A stretch of 64,000 bases of DNA from an uncultured Actinomycetota bacterium (GTDB taxonomy: Bacteria > Actinomycetota > Aquicultoria > SKW223 > CALKMS01): NCBI GenBank assembly GCA_964426525.1, contig CAYRQL010000004.1, forward strand, positions 4,720 to 68,719, given 5' to 3'. Within the stretch, counting starts at the first letter, position 1. Each line of letters opens with the position of its first letter. The position numbers and the translations under genes were made by a program. Below, piece by piece: positions 37,921-49,046 of this stretch. The notes below the pieces were generated by a model. It was not told the origin of the DNA, made no database searches, and was given only the letters and a program-made list of their open reading frames with translations.

Positions 37921-39246
37921 ATGGAGTTAGCTAAAGTTTTGCCCTATACGGCCAGAGTAAACGAAAAGAACCACCTTGTTGTTGGTGGTTGTGACCTGAT
38001 TGAGCTTGCTCAAGAATTTGGTACACCACTTTTTGTTTACGATGAAGAGACTATCAGAGAAAACATCCGTCGATATATAGAAGCCTTTGCTTCTCACACT
38101 GACGATTTTGAAGTTGTTTATGCCGGCAAAGCTTTCCTATGTCAGGCAATTTGCCAGCTTATAGCTGAAGAAGGGCTTAGTATTGATGTTTCCTCAGGAG
38201 GAGAATTGTACACGGCTATGAAAGCCAGTTTTCCTCCAGAAAAAATTTATTTCCATGGTAATAATAAAACTGAGGAAGAAATTGACCTGGCTTTAAGCTA
38301 TTCAGCTGGAGGGATTATTATTGACAATTTTGATGAGATTGAACTTTTAGAAGAAAAAGCTAAAAACAGGGAAGAAAAAGTGCGAGTTTTTTTGCGGGTT
38401 ACACCTGGTGTTATTCCTTCTACCCACTCTTTTATCCAAACTGGCCAGGTTGATTCAAAGTTTGGTTTTGGTTTAGCTGGCGGGTTGGCTCTAAAGGCGA
38501 CTAAAAGGGTTCTTGAAAGCTCGATTCTGGAGTTGAGAGGATTTCATATTCATATCGGTTCTCAAATTTTTGTTCTCCATTCTTACACGCGAGCGGTAGA
38601 GGTTATAATGGAGTTTATAAATCAAGTTAAGGCTGAGTGTGGTTTTGTAACTTTAGAGCTAAACCTTGGTGGTGGTCTTGGTATTTCCTATCGTACGACT
38701 GATGAGCCTTCGACCATTGAAGAATTTGCTGAGGTTTTATTTGAGGGCGTAAGAAGAGAAGTGGAAAAGTATAAGTTGGAAATGCCGAAAATTATTGTTG
38801 AGCCAGGCCGTTCGATTGTTGGCCAGGCAGCAGTGACTGTCTATCGAGTCGGGACAGTAAAAGAAATTCCTGGAATAAGGACTTACGTTTCGGTTGATGG
38901 AGGGATGTCAGACAATCTTAGACCAATGCTTTATGGCGCGGTTTACGAGGCTGTCCTTGCTAATCGGGTAAATGAAAAGCAAAAAGTGAAAGTGACTGTT
39001 GCTGGTAAACATTGCGAGTCAGGCGACATCTTAATTAAAGAAGCTTACTTACCTATGCCTCGCCGGGGAGATTATCTATGTACGCCTTCAACAGGTGCTT
39101 ACGGCTACGCTATGGCTAATAACTATAATCGCCAGCCAAAACCGGCAGTGGTAATGGTGCGAGCAGGAAAGGCAAAAGTGATTATTGAAAGAGAAAACCT
39201 GGAGGATTTGGTTCGTCTGGATCGACCGTATTTTTTAGAAAGCTAA
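37921..39246 (+). CDS. lysA: diaminopimelate decarboxylase
   Basis: PLP-lysine region 'YAGKAF', 'HIHIGSQ', 'EPGRSIVG', 'CESGD'. Confidence 0.9.
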   Translation: MELAKVLPYTARVNEKNHLVVGGCDLIELAQEFGTPLFVYDEETIRENIRRYIEAFASHTDDFEVVYAGKAFLCQAICQLIAEEGLSIDVSSGGELYTAMKASFPPEKIYFHGNNKTEEEIDLALSYSAGGIIIDNFDEIELLEEKAKNREEKVRVFLRVTPGVIPSTHSFIQTGQVDSKFGFGLAGGLALKATKRVLESSILELRGFHIHIGSQIFVLHSYTRAVEVIMEFINQVKAECGFVTLELNLGGGLGISYRTTDEPSTIEEFAEVLFEGVRREVEKYKLEMPKIIVEPGRSIVGQAAVTVYRVGTVKEIPGIRTYVSVDGGMSDNLRPMLYGAVYEAVLANRVNEKQKVKVTVAGKHCESGDILIKEAYLPMPRRGDYLCTPSTGAYGYAMANNYNRQPKPAVVMVRAGKAKVIIERENLEDLVRLDRPYFLES

Positions 39247-39261
39247 AGGAGGTAAGTTTTT

Positions 39262-40548
39262 TTGGAAGTTGGAGTTGGAATAATTGGCTTGGGAACGGTT
39301 GGCAGTTCAGTTTATAGAGTCTTAGGACAAAATTGGGAAAAAATTGAGAAGGAAGTTGGACAGCTGGTAAGGGTGAAAAAAGTTTTTGATGTAAATCAAA
39401 AAAAATATGATGAGCTTTCAATCCCCAAAGAACAGCGCGCTCTTTCAGTGGATGAAATTATAAATCAGGAAGAAATCTCAATTATTGTTGAGCTGATTGG
39501 CAATATTGAGCCGGCTCGCACCATAATACTTGATAGTTTGAGGCGAGGGAAAAGTGTGGTCACCGCCAATAAAGAACTATTAGCTTTGTATGGAAAAGAA
39601 CTCTTATCGACTGCAGCTGAAAACCGGGTTGATTTGCTCTTTGAAGCCAGCGTAGGCGGGGGTATACCTATAATTAAGCCTTTAAAAGAATCACTGGCCG
39701 GAAATAGTGTGCAGGAAGTAATGGGAATAGTCAACGGCACAACGAACTATATCTTGAGCCGTATGAGTGAAGAAGGTTGCAGTTTTAATGAGGCCTTAAA
39801 AGAAGCTCAAGAAAAAGGATATGCTGAGGCTGACCCTTCAGCTGACATTGAAGGCCGAGACGCTGCCTCAAAAATTGCTATTTTGGCTTCTATCGCTTTT
39901 AATTCTCGAGTTTTGTCTACTCAGGTTTTCTGTGAGGGAATTAGCAAGATAACTGCTCAAGATATTAAATATGCGAGAGAACTTGGTTTTGTTATTAAAC
40001 TCTTGGCAGTCGGAAAAGAAGAAAATGGCTTAATTGATGTGCGGGTGCACCCAGCTTTAATACCTCTTTCACATCCCTTAGCTTCGGTTGAGAAAGTTTA
40101 TAATGCTATTTATGTCAGGGGTAATGTGGTCGGAGAGGTGATGTTCTTTGGTCCGGGCGCTGGTGGTATGGCGGCTGCCAGTTCAGTGGTGGGAGACATA
40201 ATTGACATTGCTCGCAACTTAAAGTTTAAATGTTTGGGTAAGGTAGGCTGTACTTGTTTTGAGTCTAAAGTTGTAAGGCCTATTGAAGAGCTTGTAACCC
40301 GTTATTATGTATTAATGGAAGTTCTTGATCGGCCTGGTGTTTTAGCCTCTATTGCGGGGGAGTTTGGTAAAGCTCAAGTTAGCTTAGCCAGTGTTATTCA
40401 GAAAGAAACCTTTGAAGAGCAGGCAGAACTGGTGTTTATGACTCATAAGACCACTGAACGCTCTTTAAGGCAAGCTATTAAAGCGATAAAAGCTCTACCG
40501 GTGGTTAGCGAAGTTAAAAATGTAATCAGAGTTGAAGGGGAAGAATGA
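39262..40548 (+). CDS. hom: homoserine dehydrogenase (with C-terminal ACT domain)
   Basis: '[10 protein letters not shown]', '[11 protein letters not shown]', 'NGTTNYIL', and an ACT tail. Confidence 0.9.
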   Translation: MEVGVGIIGLGTVGSSVYRVLGQNWEKIEKEVGQLVRVKKVFDVNQKKYDELSIPKEQRALSVDEIINQEEISIIVELIGNIEPARTIILDSLRRGKSVVTANKELLALYGKELLSTAAENRVDLLFEASVGGGIPIIKPLKESLAGNSVQEVMGIVNGTTNYILSRMSEEGCSFNEALKEAQEKGYAEADPSADIEGRDAASKIAILASIAFNSRVLSTQVFCEGISKITAQDIKYARELGFVIKLLAVGKEENGLIDVRVHPALIPLSHPLASVEKVYNAIYVRGNVVGEVMFFGPGAGGMAAASSVVGDIIDIARNLKFKCLGKVGCTCFESKVVRPIEELVTRYYVLMEVLDRPGVLASIAGEFGKAQVSLASVIQKETFEEQAELVFMTHKTTERSLRQAIKAIKALPVVSEVKNVIRVEGEE

Positions 40549-41603
40549 GCTGGCCGGGAGTAATAGAAAAATACCGCCCTTACCTTCCGGTGGCTTCTTC
40601 AACTCCTGTCATTACTTTACTTGAAGGTGGGACCCCTTTAATTCCTGCCAGAGCTTTAAGTCGAGAATTAAATTTAGAAGTTTATTATAAGTTTGAAGGT
40701 CTTAACCCCACCGGCTCGTTTAAAGACCGAGGTATGACTATGGCTATAAGCAAAGCAGTGGAAGAAGGAGCAAAAGCAGTAATCTGCGCTTCTACGGGAA
40801 ACACCTCGGCTTCGGCTGCTGCTTATGCAGCTAGGGCCGGCCTTAAGTGTTTTGTTTTTATTCCGGAAGGTAAGATTGCTTTGGGGAAGTTAGTTCAGGC
40901 TTTAATGCACCAGGCAGTGGTGGTAGGAGTAAAAGGTAATTTTGATCAAGCTTTAACTCTGGTTCGCCAGCTTTCTGCTGATTATCCCCTTTGTTTAGTT
41001 AACTCATTAAATCCTTACCGAATTGAGGGTCAAAAAACAGCTGCTTTTGAAGTTTGCGATGTGCTTGGTGAGTCTCCGGATTATTTGTTTATACCAGTTG
41101 GCAATGCTGGCAACATTACTGCTTACTGGAAAGGGTTTAGAGAATATTACGAAAGAGGAATTGTTAAAAAGCGACCTCGACTTTTCGGTTTTCAAGCTGC
41201 GGGAGCTGCACCTTTAGTCTTAGGACATCCAGTGGAAAAGCCAGAAACAGTGGCGACGGCGATAAGAATAGGTAAGCCAGCCAGGGGGGAAGAAGCACTT
41301 CAGGCAGCTCGGGAGTCAGGAGGGGAAATTGATATGGTAACGGATGAGGAAATACTTGATGCTTATCGTCTTTTAGCCGGGAGAGAAGGCCTATTTGTTG
41401 AGCCTGCTTCAGCTGCTTCAGTCGCTGGATTGCTCAAGAAAACTTCTCAAGGTGTAGTTTCTAAGGGAGCGCGAGTTGTTTGTGTGTTGACTGGCCACGG
41501 TCTAAAAGACCCTGATACTGCTTTAAAAGTTGAGAGAGAAATGAATATTGTTAAGAGCGATGAGGAAACAAAAAAATTGATTTTTAAAGAAATGAAATGG
41601 TAA
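40545..41603 (+). CDS. thrC: threonine synthase
   Basis: '[11 protein letters not shown]' (PLP-binding Lys). The ATG overlaps the hom stop. Confidence 0.9.
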   Translation: MSWPGVIEKYRPYLPVASSTPVITLLEGGTPLIPARALSRELNLEVYYKFEGLNPTGSFKDRGMTMAISKAVEEGAKAVICASTGNTSASAAAYAARAGLKCFVFIPEGKIALGKLVQALMHQAVVVGVKGNFDQALTLVRQLSADYPLCLVNSLNPYRIEGQKTAAFEVCDVLGESPDYLFIPVGNAGNITAYWKGFREYYERGIVKKRPRLFGFQAAGAAPLVLGHPVEKPETVATAIRIGKPARGEEALQAARESGGEIDMVTDEEILDAYRLLAGREGLFVEPASAASVAGLLKKTSQGVVSKGARVVCVLTGHGLKDPDTALKVEREMNIVKSDEETKKLIFKEMKW

Positions 41604-42499
41604 GAGTTGTTGTTCCCGCTTCTACTTCTAATCTTGGCTCAGGTTTTGATGCGTTCGGTCTCGCCTTGCCTTTATTTTTAAATCTTGAGTTTAGAACAAG
41701 CTCTAAATTTAAGATTGAAGTCGAAGGAGAAGGTGAAGGCCTCTTGCCTTTAGATAGTCGAAATCTAATTTTCCGCACATTCGATTTTTTTTCCATGCAA
41801 TCAGGGAAAAAACCAGTTCCAATTCGGATAAAAGTTAAAAACGAGATTCCTTTAAAACGTGGTTTAGGCAGTAGCGCAGCTGCTATTGTCGGTTCGCTAA
41901 TTGCTGCTAACAGGCTTTACCAGACCAATCTTAGTGTTAAAGAAATTTTTCAAATGGCAGTTGAGTACGAAGGGCATCCCGATAATATAAGTGCCAGCTT
42001 GTTTGGGGGTTTTACTCTTTCTTATCAGGTAGGAAATACTTTTGAAACACGATCTTACCAACCACATCCTGATTTACGAGTTTTTTTGTTGATTCCGCCA
42101 TTTCAGCTTTCAACCCGTGAAGCTCGTCGAGTTTTGCCAGACCAGGTTAGCCTTAATGACGCAGTTTACAACCTTTCGAGAGCTGCCTTGTTTGCCCTTT
42201 CTCTTATCAGAGGCGATTGGGAAAACATTAAAGAAGCAATGAAAGACAAACTTCATCAACCTTACCGTGAAAAGTTAATGCCTGAACTTTCTACTTTATT
42301 AGCGAAACTTAATAACCTTCCAGCGGTTCTTGGTGCTTCTTTAAGCGGGGCCGGACCGAGTCTGGTTGGGCTTTACAAGCAGACAGATGAGGTAAGTTTA
42401 AAAGAAAGTTTAGAAAACCTTCTATTTCAGGAAAAGCTTGATTTCGAACTCAGGCTTTTTAAAGTGGAAAACAAAGGCGCGAGTCTGATAGAGGAATAA
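41597..42499 (+). CDS. thrB: homoserine kinase
   Basis: '[13 protein letters not shown]' and '[12 protein letters not shown]' GHMP motifs. Confidence 0.85.
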   Translation: MVRVVVPASTSNLGSGFDAFGLALPLFLNLEFRTSSKFKIEVEGEGEGLLPLDSRNLIFRTFDFFSMQSGKKPVPIRIKVKNEIPLKRGLGSSAAAIVGSLIAANRLYQTNLSVKEIFQMAVEYEGHPDNISASLFGGFTLSYQVGNTFETRSYQPHPDLRVFLLIPPFQLSTREARRVLPDQVSLNDAVYNLSRAALFALSLIRGDWENIKEAMKDKLHQPYREKLMPELSTLLAKLNNLPAVLGASLSGAGPSLVGLYKQTDEVSLKESLENLLFQEKLDFELRLFKVENKGASLIEE

Positions 42500-44730
42500 T
42501 GGAGCAACCAGAAATCAAGGACCGAAAAGTTATTTCCCCGGAAGGGGAAGAATTTGAAATCGATTACGAGACAACATTCCGCTTTTTAAATCAGGGCGTT
42601 TCCTTAGCCTTAGGCGAGGTTAAAGAAGGCCGCTTAAGTATTAAGGAAGGCGATTGCTTTCTCTATACCAATCTCGAAGGTGATATTCCTATCTTGAACC
42701 GGGGGGGTTTTGGTTTCTATTATCGGGATACCCGGTTTTTAAGCGCTTATGAACTTCAGATAGCTGGCGGTCATCCGGTTTTGCTTCACTCAACAGCTGA
42801 AAGAAATTATCTTGGTCATGTTGAAGGGACTAATGTTGAAATTAAATACAACGGCAGATTAATTCCTCAGCATACTCTTAATCTGCGGCGTCTTAGAGCA
42901 ATACGGAGAGTTTTGTACGAGCGGTTGAGATTAAAAAACTACAATTCTTTTTCAGTTAAAGTGCCTCTCGAATTTGAGTTTGGAGCTGATTTTGCTGACA
43001 TTTTTGAAGTCAGGGGTTTAAGGAGAAAAAAAAGAGGAACTTACTTGAAGCCAAAAGTATGTCCAGGGGGGGTAATTTTTGCCTACATTGGCGAGGACGA
43101 GGTTTTTCGACAACTCAGAATTAAATGGGGCCAGGAACCAAAAAGTATAATTTTTACGTCGGAAACGGTAAAGGTTTTTTTTGAAATTGAGATAGGACCT
43201 CAGGGGCGTTTTTTACTTGATTTTTCTTTTGAGCCCTTAGTTGGATGTGTTCGAAGAAAAACCAGGTCTTTTAATGAAGTGGTGGCTCATTTAAGAAAAT
43301 CTTATCTGGAGTGGGAAAGAAGTTCGGTTCAAGTGACCACTGACAATCAGCTTTTTAATATTGTCTTAGAAAAGGCCAGCAATGATTTGCGTCAGCTTTA
43401 CACTCCAACTCGTTTAGGAGAAGTTATTTACGCTGGTATACCCTGGTTTTCTGCTCCCTTCGGCCGCGATGCCTTAATTTCAGCTCTTCAGGCTTTACCC
43501 TTCAAGCCTTCTTTAGCCAAGGGAACCCTTTCTTTTTGCGCTCGCCTTCAGGGAAAAGAGTTTAATCCTGAAAGAGATGAAGAACCAGGCAAAATTTTTC
43601 ATGAGGTTAGACAAGGAGAGCTGGCAAATTTGCGTCAAATTCCTCAGACCCCTTATTACGGCTCGGTCGACGCCACCCCGCTTTTTCTGATTTTAGCCAG
43701 CGAATATCTTAACTGGACTGGTGATGAAAACTTTATTGCCAACATAAAGAAAAACATCTTGCTGGCTTTTGAATGGTTAGAAAAATTTGGTGACATGGAT
43801 AAAGATGGGTTCATTGAGTATCAATGCCGTTCAAAAAGAGGTCTTTTTAATCAAGGCTGGAAGGATTCATGGGACGCCATTTTGGTAGATGGGAAACAGC
43901 CAGTTCCACCAATTGCTCTAGTTGAAGTTCAAGGTTACGCCTACAAGGCTTATTTGAGCTGGTCATCCTGGTTTAAACGTTGGGGTGATATGGAGAAAGC
44001 TCAGGAATTAGAGAGTAAAGCTGAGGAAATCAGGCAAAAGTTTGAAGATTTTTTCTGGCAGGAAGAAAAAAATTTTTATGCTATAGCTTTAGATGGTAAC
44101 AAGAAACCAATTAAGATTATCAGTTCAAATCCTGGACATTGTTTGTGGACTGAAATAGTTTCCCAAGAAAGGGCTTTCTTAGTAGCTCGAAGACTTCTTT
44201 TGCCGGATATGTTTTCTGGCTGGGGCATAAGAACTTTAAGCAAGTCCGAAAAGCTATACAACCCTATGGGTTATCATACTGGAACAGTCTGGCCGCACGA
44301 TAACTCTTTGGTAATTTCTGGGCTAAAAAAATATGGTTTTGATGAAGAAGCCACAGTGGTAGCTACTGGTTTGTACGAAATGGTTTCTCGGCATCCCCAG
44401 CTTCGCTTTCCAGAACTATTTTGCGGCTTTACTCGCCGGGGCAATAACTATCCAGTAGCTTATCCAGTTGCTTGCTTACCTCAAGCATGGGCTGGTGGTA
44501 GTGTTTTTATGATTTTGTTTTCTCTTCTTGGTCTGGAAGCATTTGCTCCGAAAAATCTTCTGGTTATAAGGCCAACTTTGCCTCCCTGGTTGAACTGGAT
44601 TAAGATATCTAATTTAGGAGTGGGTGAAAGCAAAGTGGATTTATTGGTTAGACGGGAAGGGAGGTCAATAAAGGTGGAAGAGTTAGAAATAGAAGGAAGC
44701 TTGTTTATAATTAAGGAAGTAAAGGAGTAA
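42499..44730 (+). CDS. amylo-alpha-1,6-glucosidase family glycoside hydrolase (GDE_N + GDE_C)
   Basis: 'GYHTGTVWPHDN' and a six-hairpin glycosidase C-terminal region. The ATG overlaps the thrB TAA. Confidence 0.65.
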   Translation: MEQPEIKDRKVISPEGEEFEIDYETTFRFLNQGVSLALGEVKEGRLSIKEGDCFLYTNLEGDIPILNRGGFGFYYRDTRFLSAYELQIAGGHPVLLHSTAERNYLGHVEGTNVEIKYNGRLIPQHTLNLRRLRAIRRVLYERLRLKNYNSFSVKVPLEFEFGADFADIFEVRGLRRKKRGTYLKPKVCPGGVIFAYIGEDEVFRQLRIKWGQEPKSIIFTSETVKVFFEIEIGPQGRFLLDFSFEPLVGCVRRKTRSFNEVVAHLRKSYLEWERSSVQVTTDNQLFNIVLEKASNDLRQLYTPTRLGEVIYAGIPWFSAPFGRDALISALQALPFKPSLAKGTLSFCARLQGKEFNPERDEEPGKIFHEVRQGELANLRQIPQTPYYGSVDATPLFLILASEYLNWTGDENFIANIKKNILLAFEWLEKFGDMDKDGFIEYQCRSKRGLFNQGWKDSWDAILVDGKQPVPPIALVEVQGYAYKAYLSWSSWFKRWGDMEKAQELESKAEEIRQKFEDFFWQEEKNFYAIALDGNKKPIKIISSNPGHCLWTEIVSQERAFLVARRLLLPDMFSGWGIRTLSKSEKLYNPMGYHTGTVWPHDNSLVISGLKKYGFDEEATVVATGLYEMVSRHPQLRFPELFCGFTRRGNNYPVAYPVACLPQAWAGGSVFMILFSLLGLEAFAPKNLLVIRPTLPPWLNWIKISNLGVGESKVDLLVRREGRSIKVEELEIEGSLFIIKEVKE

Positions 44731-44737
44731 GTAAAAA

Positions 44738-45658
44738 GTGGAGAAGAAAAAGAAGTGGTGGATAATAGGTTGCTCGCTGGCTTTAATACTATTTCTTTTG
44801 TTTATTTTTTTGCCTCTTTACTTCTTTTTTTCTCTTTTTGAGGGGCCTGATTTTTCTCGTAAACTGACTGCAGAAGGTTCAATAGCTTTAATTAGAATTG
44901 AAGGTGAAATTTCTGCTTCTCAAGAAAGCATAAGGGGAGTGGCACCTGAAAGAATAATTAAGCAACTGCGTTGGGCGGAAGAAAATGATAATGTTAAAGC
45001 TATTCTTTTGCGAATTAATAGCCCTGGAGGAACAGCCGCTGCTTCTCAGGAGATATTTACTGAGCTTAGAAGAGCAAAAAAACCAGTGGTAGCTTCTATT
45101 GCCGACATTGGAGCTTCCGGTGCGTACTGGATTGCTTGTGGAGCCGATAGAATTATTGCTTCGCCATCTTCGGCTGTTGGAAGCATTGGAGTTATAATAA
45201 CCCTTCCAAACCTGAAAGGTTTGCTTGACAAATTGGGGGTGACTTACATAGTTATCACTAAAGGAAAATATAAGGACATTGGTAACCCAGCTCGGCCGCT
45301 AACGGAAGAAGAAAAAAAAGTCCTTGATGAGCAAGCTGGGATGATTTATCGAGATTTTATAGAGAATGTAGCGGAAAGCCGCAATTTATCTTTGGACGAA
45401 GCTGAAAGATATGCTACCGGATTAACCTATCTTGGTAGTCAAGCGAAAGAAATGGGTCTTGTTGACCAGCTTGGCAACTACACTGATGCTGTAAAGTTAG
45501 CGGCAAAGATGGGGAAGATTAAGGGAGAACCGGAAATTGAAGAATACGAAGAACCATTTGATTTGAGATATCTTAGAGATATCTTCACTTTAATGAAATC
45601 AGGGATTGATTTCAGAAGATTTTTACCAGATTCTCGCCAGCCAGTCTTTTCGCCTTAA
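44738..45658 (+). CDS. sppA: signal peptide peptidase SppA (36K type)
   Basis: 'LRINSPGGTAAAS' and 'ASGAYWIACGADRIIA'. Confidence 0.85.
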   Translation: MEKKKKWWIIGCSLALILFLLFIFLPLYFFFSLFEGPDFSRKLTAEGSIALIRIEGEISASQESIRGVAPERIIKQLRWAEENDNVKAILLRINSPGGTAAASQEIFTELRRAKKPVVASIADIGASGAYWIACGADRIIASPSSAVGSIGVIITLPNLKGLLDKLGVTYIVITKGKYKDIGNPARPLTEEEKKVLDEQAGMIYRDFIENVAESRNLSLDEAERYATGLTYLGSQAKEMGLVDQLGNYTDAVKLAAKMGKIKGEPEIEEYEEPFDLRYLRDIFTLMKSGIDFRRFLPDSRQPVFSP

Positions 45659-45741
45659 CACTTAATTGTTTTTTTGCTTCGTCGTATAATTATTATGTTA
45701 GGGCTGTTTAAGACAGTTAGTAATCAAGGAGGCATATAGAA

Positions 45742-46623
45742 ATGGAAAAGGGAAGTTACCGGCTAAAAACAGGGCTGGCTGAAATGCTAAAAGGCGGTGT
45801 CATAATGGATGTTACCAATGCTGAGCAAGCAAAGATTGCCGAAGATGCTGGTGCGGTTTCTGTTATGGCTTTAGAAAGAGTACCCGCCGATATTCGAGCA
45901 GCTGGCGGAGTGGCAAGAATGGCTGACCCATCAATCATTGAAGAGATTATGGAAGCTGTTTCTATTCCTGTAATGGCAAAAGTGCGGATAGGTCATTTTG
46001 TTGAAGCGCAAATTTTAGAAGCTCTGGGAGTTGATTTTATAGACGAGAGCGAAGTTTTAACTCCGGCTGACGAAGAGCACCACATTGATAAACACAAATT
46101 CAGTATCCCTTTTGTTTGTGGCTGTCGTAATTTAGGAGAGGCGTTAAGGAGAATTGGCGAAGGAGCGGCAATGATAAGAACAAAAGGAGAAGCTGGTACA
46201 GGTAATGTGGTTGAAGCGGTCAGGCATATGCGGGCAGTAATGGGGGAAATCCGACGAATTAATTCTCTTTCTGACGATGAGTTAATGAAGGTAGCTAAGG
46301 AAATCCAGGCTCCTTATGAGTTAGTGAAAAAGGTTAAAGAGCTTGGTCGGCTGCCTGTAGTTAATTTTGCCGCTGGCGGAGTGGCAACTCCAGCTGATGC
46401 TGCTTTAATGATGCAACTTGGGGCTGATGGTGTTTTTGTCGGTTCGGGAATTTTTAAGTCAGAGAATCCTCCACTTTATGCGAAAGCAATTGTCGAAGCA
46501 GTTGCTCACTATGACGATCCTGATGTTTTAGCTCGAATTTCTCGAAGGCTTGGCCAGCCCATGAAGGGCTTAGATGTAAAGGTTTTATCTCAAGAAGAGC
46601 TTTTACAGGTGCGTGGTTGGTAA
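45742..46623 (+). CDS. pdxS: pyridoxal 5'-phosphate synthase subunit PdxS
   Basis: 'GGVIMDV', '[12 protein letters not shown]', 'AKVRIGH'. Confidence 0.9.
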   Translation: MEKGSYRLKTGLAEMLKGGVIMDVTNAEQAKIAEDAGAVSVMALERVPADIRAAGGVARMADPSIIEEIMEAVSIPVMAKVRIGHFVEAQILEALGVDFIDESEVLTPADEEHHIDKHKFSIPFVCGCRNLGEALRRIGEGAAMIRTKGEAGTGNVVEAVRHMRAVMGEIRRINSLSDDELMKVAKEIQAPYELVKKVKELGRLPVVNFAAGGVATPADAALMMQLGADGVFVGSGIFKSENPPLYAKAIVEAVAHYDDPDVLARISRRLGQPMKGLDVKVLSQEELLQVRGW

Positions 46624-47201
46624 TGAGAATAGGTGTTTTGTCTTTTCAGGGTGATGTTCGAGAGCATATACAAGCAGTAGAAAGAGCAGGCGGAAAGGCT
46701 TTTCCCGTTAAGCGAGCTGTTGAAATAAGCAAGTTAGATGGCTTGATTATTCCTGGTGGAGAAAGCACTACTATCTCAAAGTTTATTCAAGAAGAGGGGA
46801 TGGCTGAACCTATTAGAGCTCAAGTAGCTAAAGGTATGCCTCTTTATGGCACCTGCGCGGGTCTGATTATCTTGGCTCGTAGGGTTTTAAATAACACAGT
46901 CTTTTCTCTGAACATTCTTGATGTAGAGGTAAAGAGAAACGCTTACGGTCGGCAAAAGGATAGTTTTGAAGAAGAAATACAAGTCGAAGGCTTTGAAACC
47001 CTCTATCGGGGAGTTTTTATTCGTGCTCCTTGGATAACCAGGGTTGGTCCTCAGGTAAAAGTATTAGCTCGTTACCAGGGAAAGCCGGTTTTGGTTTTAG
47101 AAAAGAAGGTGCTGGCAAGTACTTTTCATCCTGAATTAACTTCTGATGACCGCATTCATCGTCTTTTTTTGGGTTTAGTTGAGGGGAGCAAAAAAGGCTA
47201 A
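46623..47201 (+). CDS. pdxT: PLP synthase glutaminase subunit PdxT
   Basis: '[11 protein letters not shown]', 'GTCAG', 'FHPE'. The ATG overlaps the pdxS TAA. An alternative TTG start is at 46617. Confidence 0.85.
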   Translation: MRIGVLSFQGDVREHIQAVERAGGKAFPVKRAVEISKLDGLIIPGGESTTISKFIQEEGMAEPIRAQVAKGMPLYGTCAGLIILARRVLNNTVFSLNILDVEVKRNAYGRQKDSFEEEIQVEGFETLYRGVFIRAPWITRVGPQVKVLARYQGKPVLVLEKKVLASTFHPELTSDDRIHRLFLGLVEGSKKG

Positions 47202-47950
47202 TGTCTGGTCACTCGAAATGGGCTCAAATTAAAAGAAAAAAATCCAGAGAAGATGCTAAAAGAGGTCAGCTTTTTTCCAAACTGATTCGGGCAGTGATAA
47301 TTGCCGCCAAGAAAAACTCAAATCCTGAGACCAACCCACAGTTAGCTCAAGCAATTGAGCGGGCACGCTCTTTTCATGTTCCTCAAGACAATATTGAGCG
47401 AGCAATCAAAAGAGCAGCTGGCGAAGGTGAAACCATCAGCTATGAACACGTTTTTTACGAAGGATACGGACCTGGAGGGGTAGCTTATTTAGTTGAAGTA
47501 ATGACTGATAACCGCAATCGCACAGCTGCTGAGATTCGAAATATTTTTTCTTCAGCCGGAGGAAGCTTAGCTGAAAGCGGCAGTGTTAGTTGGTTGTTTG
47601 AGAGGAAGGGTGTGATTGTAATTAGGATTAATTCAACTGAGGAAGAAGAAAGTTTGTTAGAGGTTGCTCTAGAAGAGGGTGCGGATGATATAGTCACTCG
47701 GGAAAACGAGGTTGAAATTATAACTTCCTTTGAGAATTTTCGCCGGCTAAAAGAATCTTTGGAAAAAAATTTTACGCTGATTTCAGCCGAAATTACTATG
47801 TTTCCACAACGCACGGTGCGAGTAGAAGGTAATGAAGCCAGGAAAGTTTTAAAACTTTTAGATGCTTTAGAAGAACACGATGATGTTCAGGAAGTTTATA
47901 CTAACTTCGACATCCCTGAAGGCATTCTCGAGGAAATAGCCGCTTTGTAA
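47201..47950 (+). CDS. yebC: YebC/PmpR-family DNA-binding regulator
   Basis: 'MSGHSKWAQIKRKK'. Confidence 0.9.
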   Translation: MSGHSKWAQIKRKKSREDAKRGQLFSKLIRAVIIAAKKNSNPETNPQLAQAIERARSFHVPQDNIERAIKRAAGEGETISYEHVFYEGYGPGGVAYLVEVMTDNRNRTAAEIRNIFSSAGGSLAESGSVSWLFERKGVIVIRINSTEEEESLLEVALEEGADDIVTRENEVEIITSFENFRRLKESLEKNFTLISAEITMFPQRTVRVEGNEARKVLKLLDALEEHDDVQEVYTNFDIPEGILEEIAAL

Positions 47951-48460
47951 ATGATTATTTTTGGAGTTGACCCGGGAACAGCAACTACCGGGTATGGAAT
48001 TGTTGAGGTAAGCAATAATCAATTAATTAGCGTTGGTTACGGTTGTATTAGAACCTCGCCTGAACTTGACCATCATTTCAGGCTCCTGAAGATTTATCGG
48101 AAACTGCTTGATTTAATTGAACTTTATAAACCGGATGATATAGCGGTGGAGAAAGTTTTTTTTAGTTTAAACTCGAAAACGGCGATGCTGGTTGGTGAAG
48201 CTCGGGGAGTGGTTATGTTAGCTGCTGCTACTTGTGGCTTAAGAGTTTTTGAATACACGCCTTTGCAGATTAAGATGTCTTTAGTTGGTTTTGGTCGAGC
48301 TGACAAAAGACAGGTTCAAACAATGGTAAAAGAAGTTTTAAGTCTTGATAGACTTCCTTTTCCAGATGATGCTGCCGATGCTTTAGCGGCTGCTGTTTGT
48401 CATGCCCATTCGCTACAATTTTTAGAAAAGGTGGAAAAAGCTGATGATTTCTTATCTTGA
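47951..48460 (+). CDS. ruvC: Holliday junction resolvase RuvC
   Basis: 'IIFGVDPGTATTGYG' and 'PDDAADALA'. Confidence 0.9.
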   Translation: MIIFGVDPGTATTGYGIVEVSNNQLISVGYGCIRTSPELDHHFRLLKIYRKLLDLIELYKPDDIAVEKVFFSLNSKTAMLVGEARGVVMLAAATCGLRVFEYTPLQIKMSLVGFGRADKRQVQTMVKEVLSLDRLPFPDDAADALAAAVCHAHSLQFLEKVEKADDFLS

Positions 48461-49046
48461 AGGTGAAGTTCTAAAAATTTTACCCGAATCAGCTGTTGTT
48501 TTAGTGGGAGGGGTTGGTTATCAGATTTACCTTCCTCAAAAAGAACTGCTTTCTTTAAAAGAGAGAGAAAAAAAAGCTTTTTATACTTTTTTACATTTGA
48601 AACCTAACGGAATTGAGCTTTATGGATTTACTCGAGCAGAAGAAAAAGACCTTTTTAAGGAACTACTTTCTTTAGCTCAAGTAGGTCCAAAGACGGCCTT
48701 AGCTATTTTGTCAGTTTTTTCTTTAGCTGAACTGAGCAAGGTAGTGGCTAATGGAGACTTCTCTGCTTTGGCTCGCGTTCCTGGTCTGGGTCCCAAAACT
48801 GCTCGTCGCCTTTTAAGCGAGTTGAAAGAAAAGTTTGAAGGCTTAAATTTGCCGGTTGTGCTAGGAGAAGAATTGGGAGGCGAAAAAAGACTTCTGGTGA
48901 TAGAAGCACTGGCAAGTTTAGGTTACCCGATTTCTCAAGCTCGAGAAGTAGCTCAAAACCTAGAGGTAGATTTTCAAGAGCTTTCAGTAGAAGAAATTGT
49001 TCGCGTGGCTTTAAGTAAAATGTCTAAGGAGGCAAAGGTTGACTGA
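48444..49046 (+). CDS. ruvA: Holliday junction DNA helicase RuvA
   Basis: 'MISYLEGEV' and the HhH '[13 protein letters not shown]'. Confidence 0.9.
   Translation: MISYLEGEVLKILPESAVVLVGGVGYQIYLPQKELLSLKEREKKAFYTFLHLKPNGIELYGFTRAEEKDLFKELLSLAQVGPKTALAILSVFSLAELSKVVANGDFSALARVPGLGPKTARRLLSELKEKFEGLNLPVVLGEELGGEKRLLVIEALASLGYPISQAREVAQNLEVDFQELSVEEIVRVALSKMSKEAKVD

Noticed and set aside
37861-37921. Lysine riboswitch upstream of lysA, and a T-box upstream of hisS-aspS
   Set aside because: The intergenic spaces are only 60 nt and 0 nt respectively, too short for either element.
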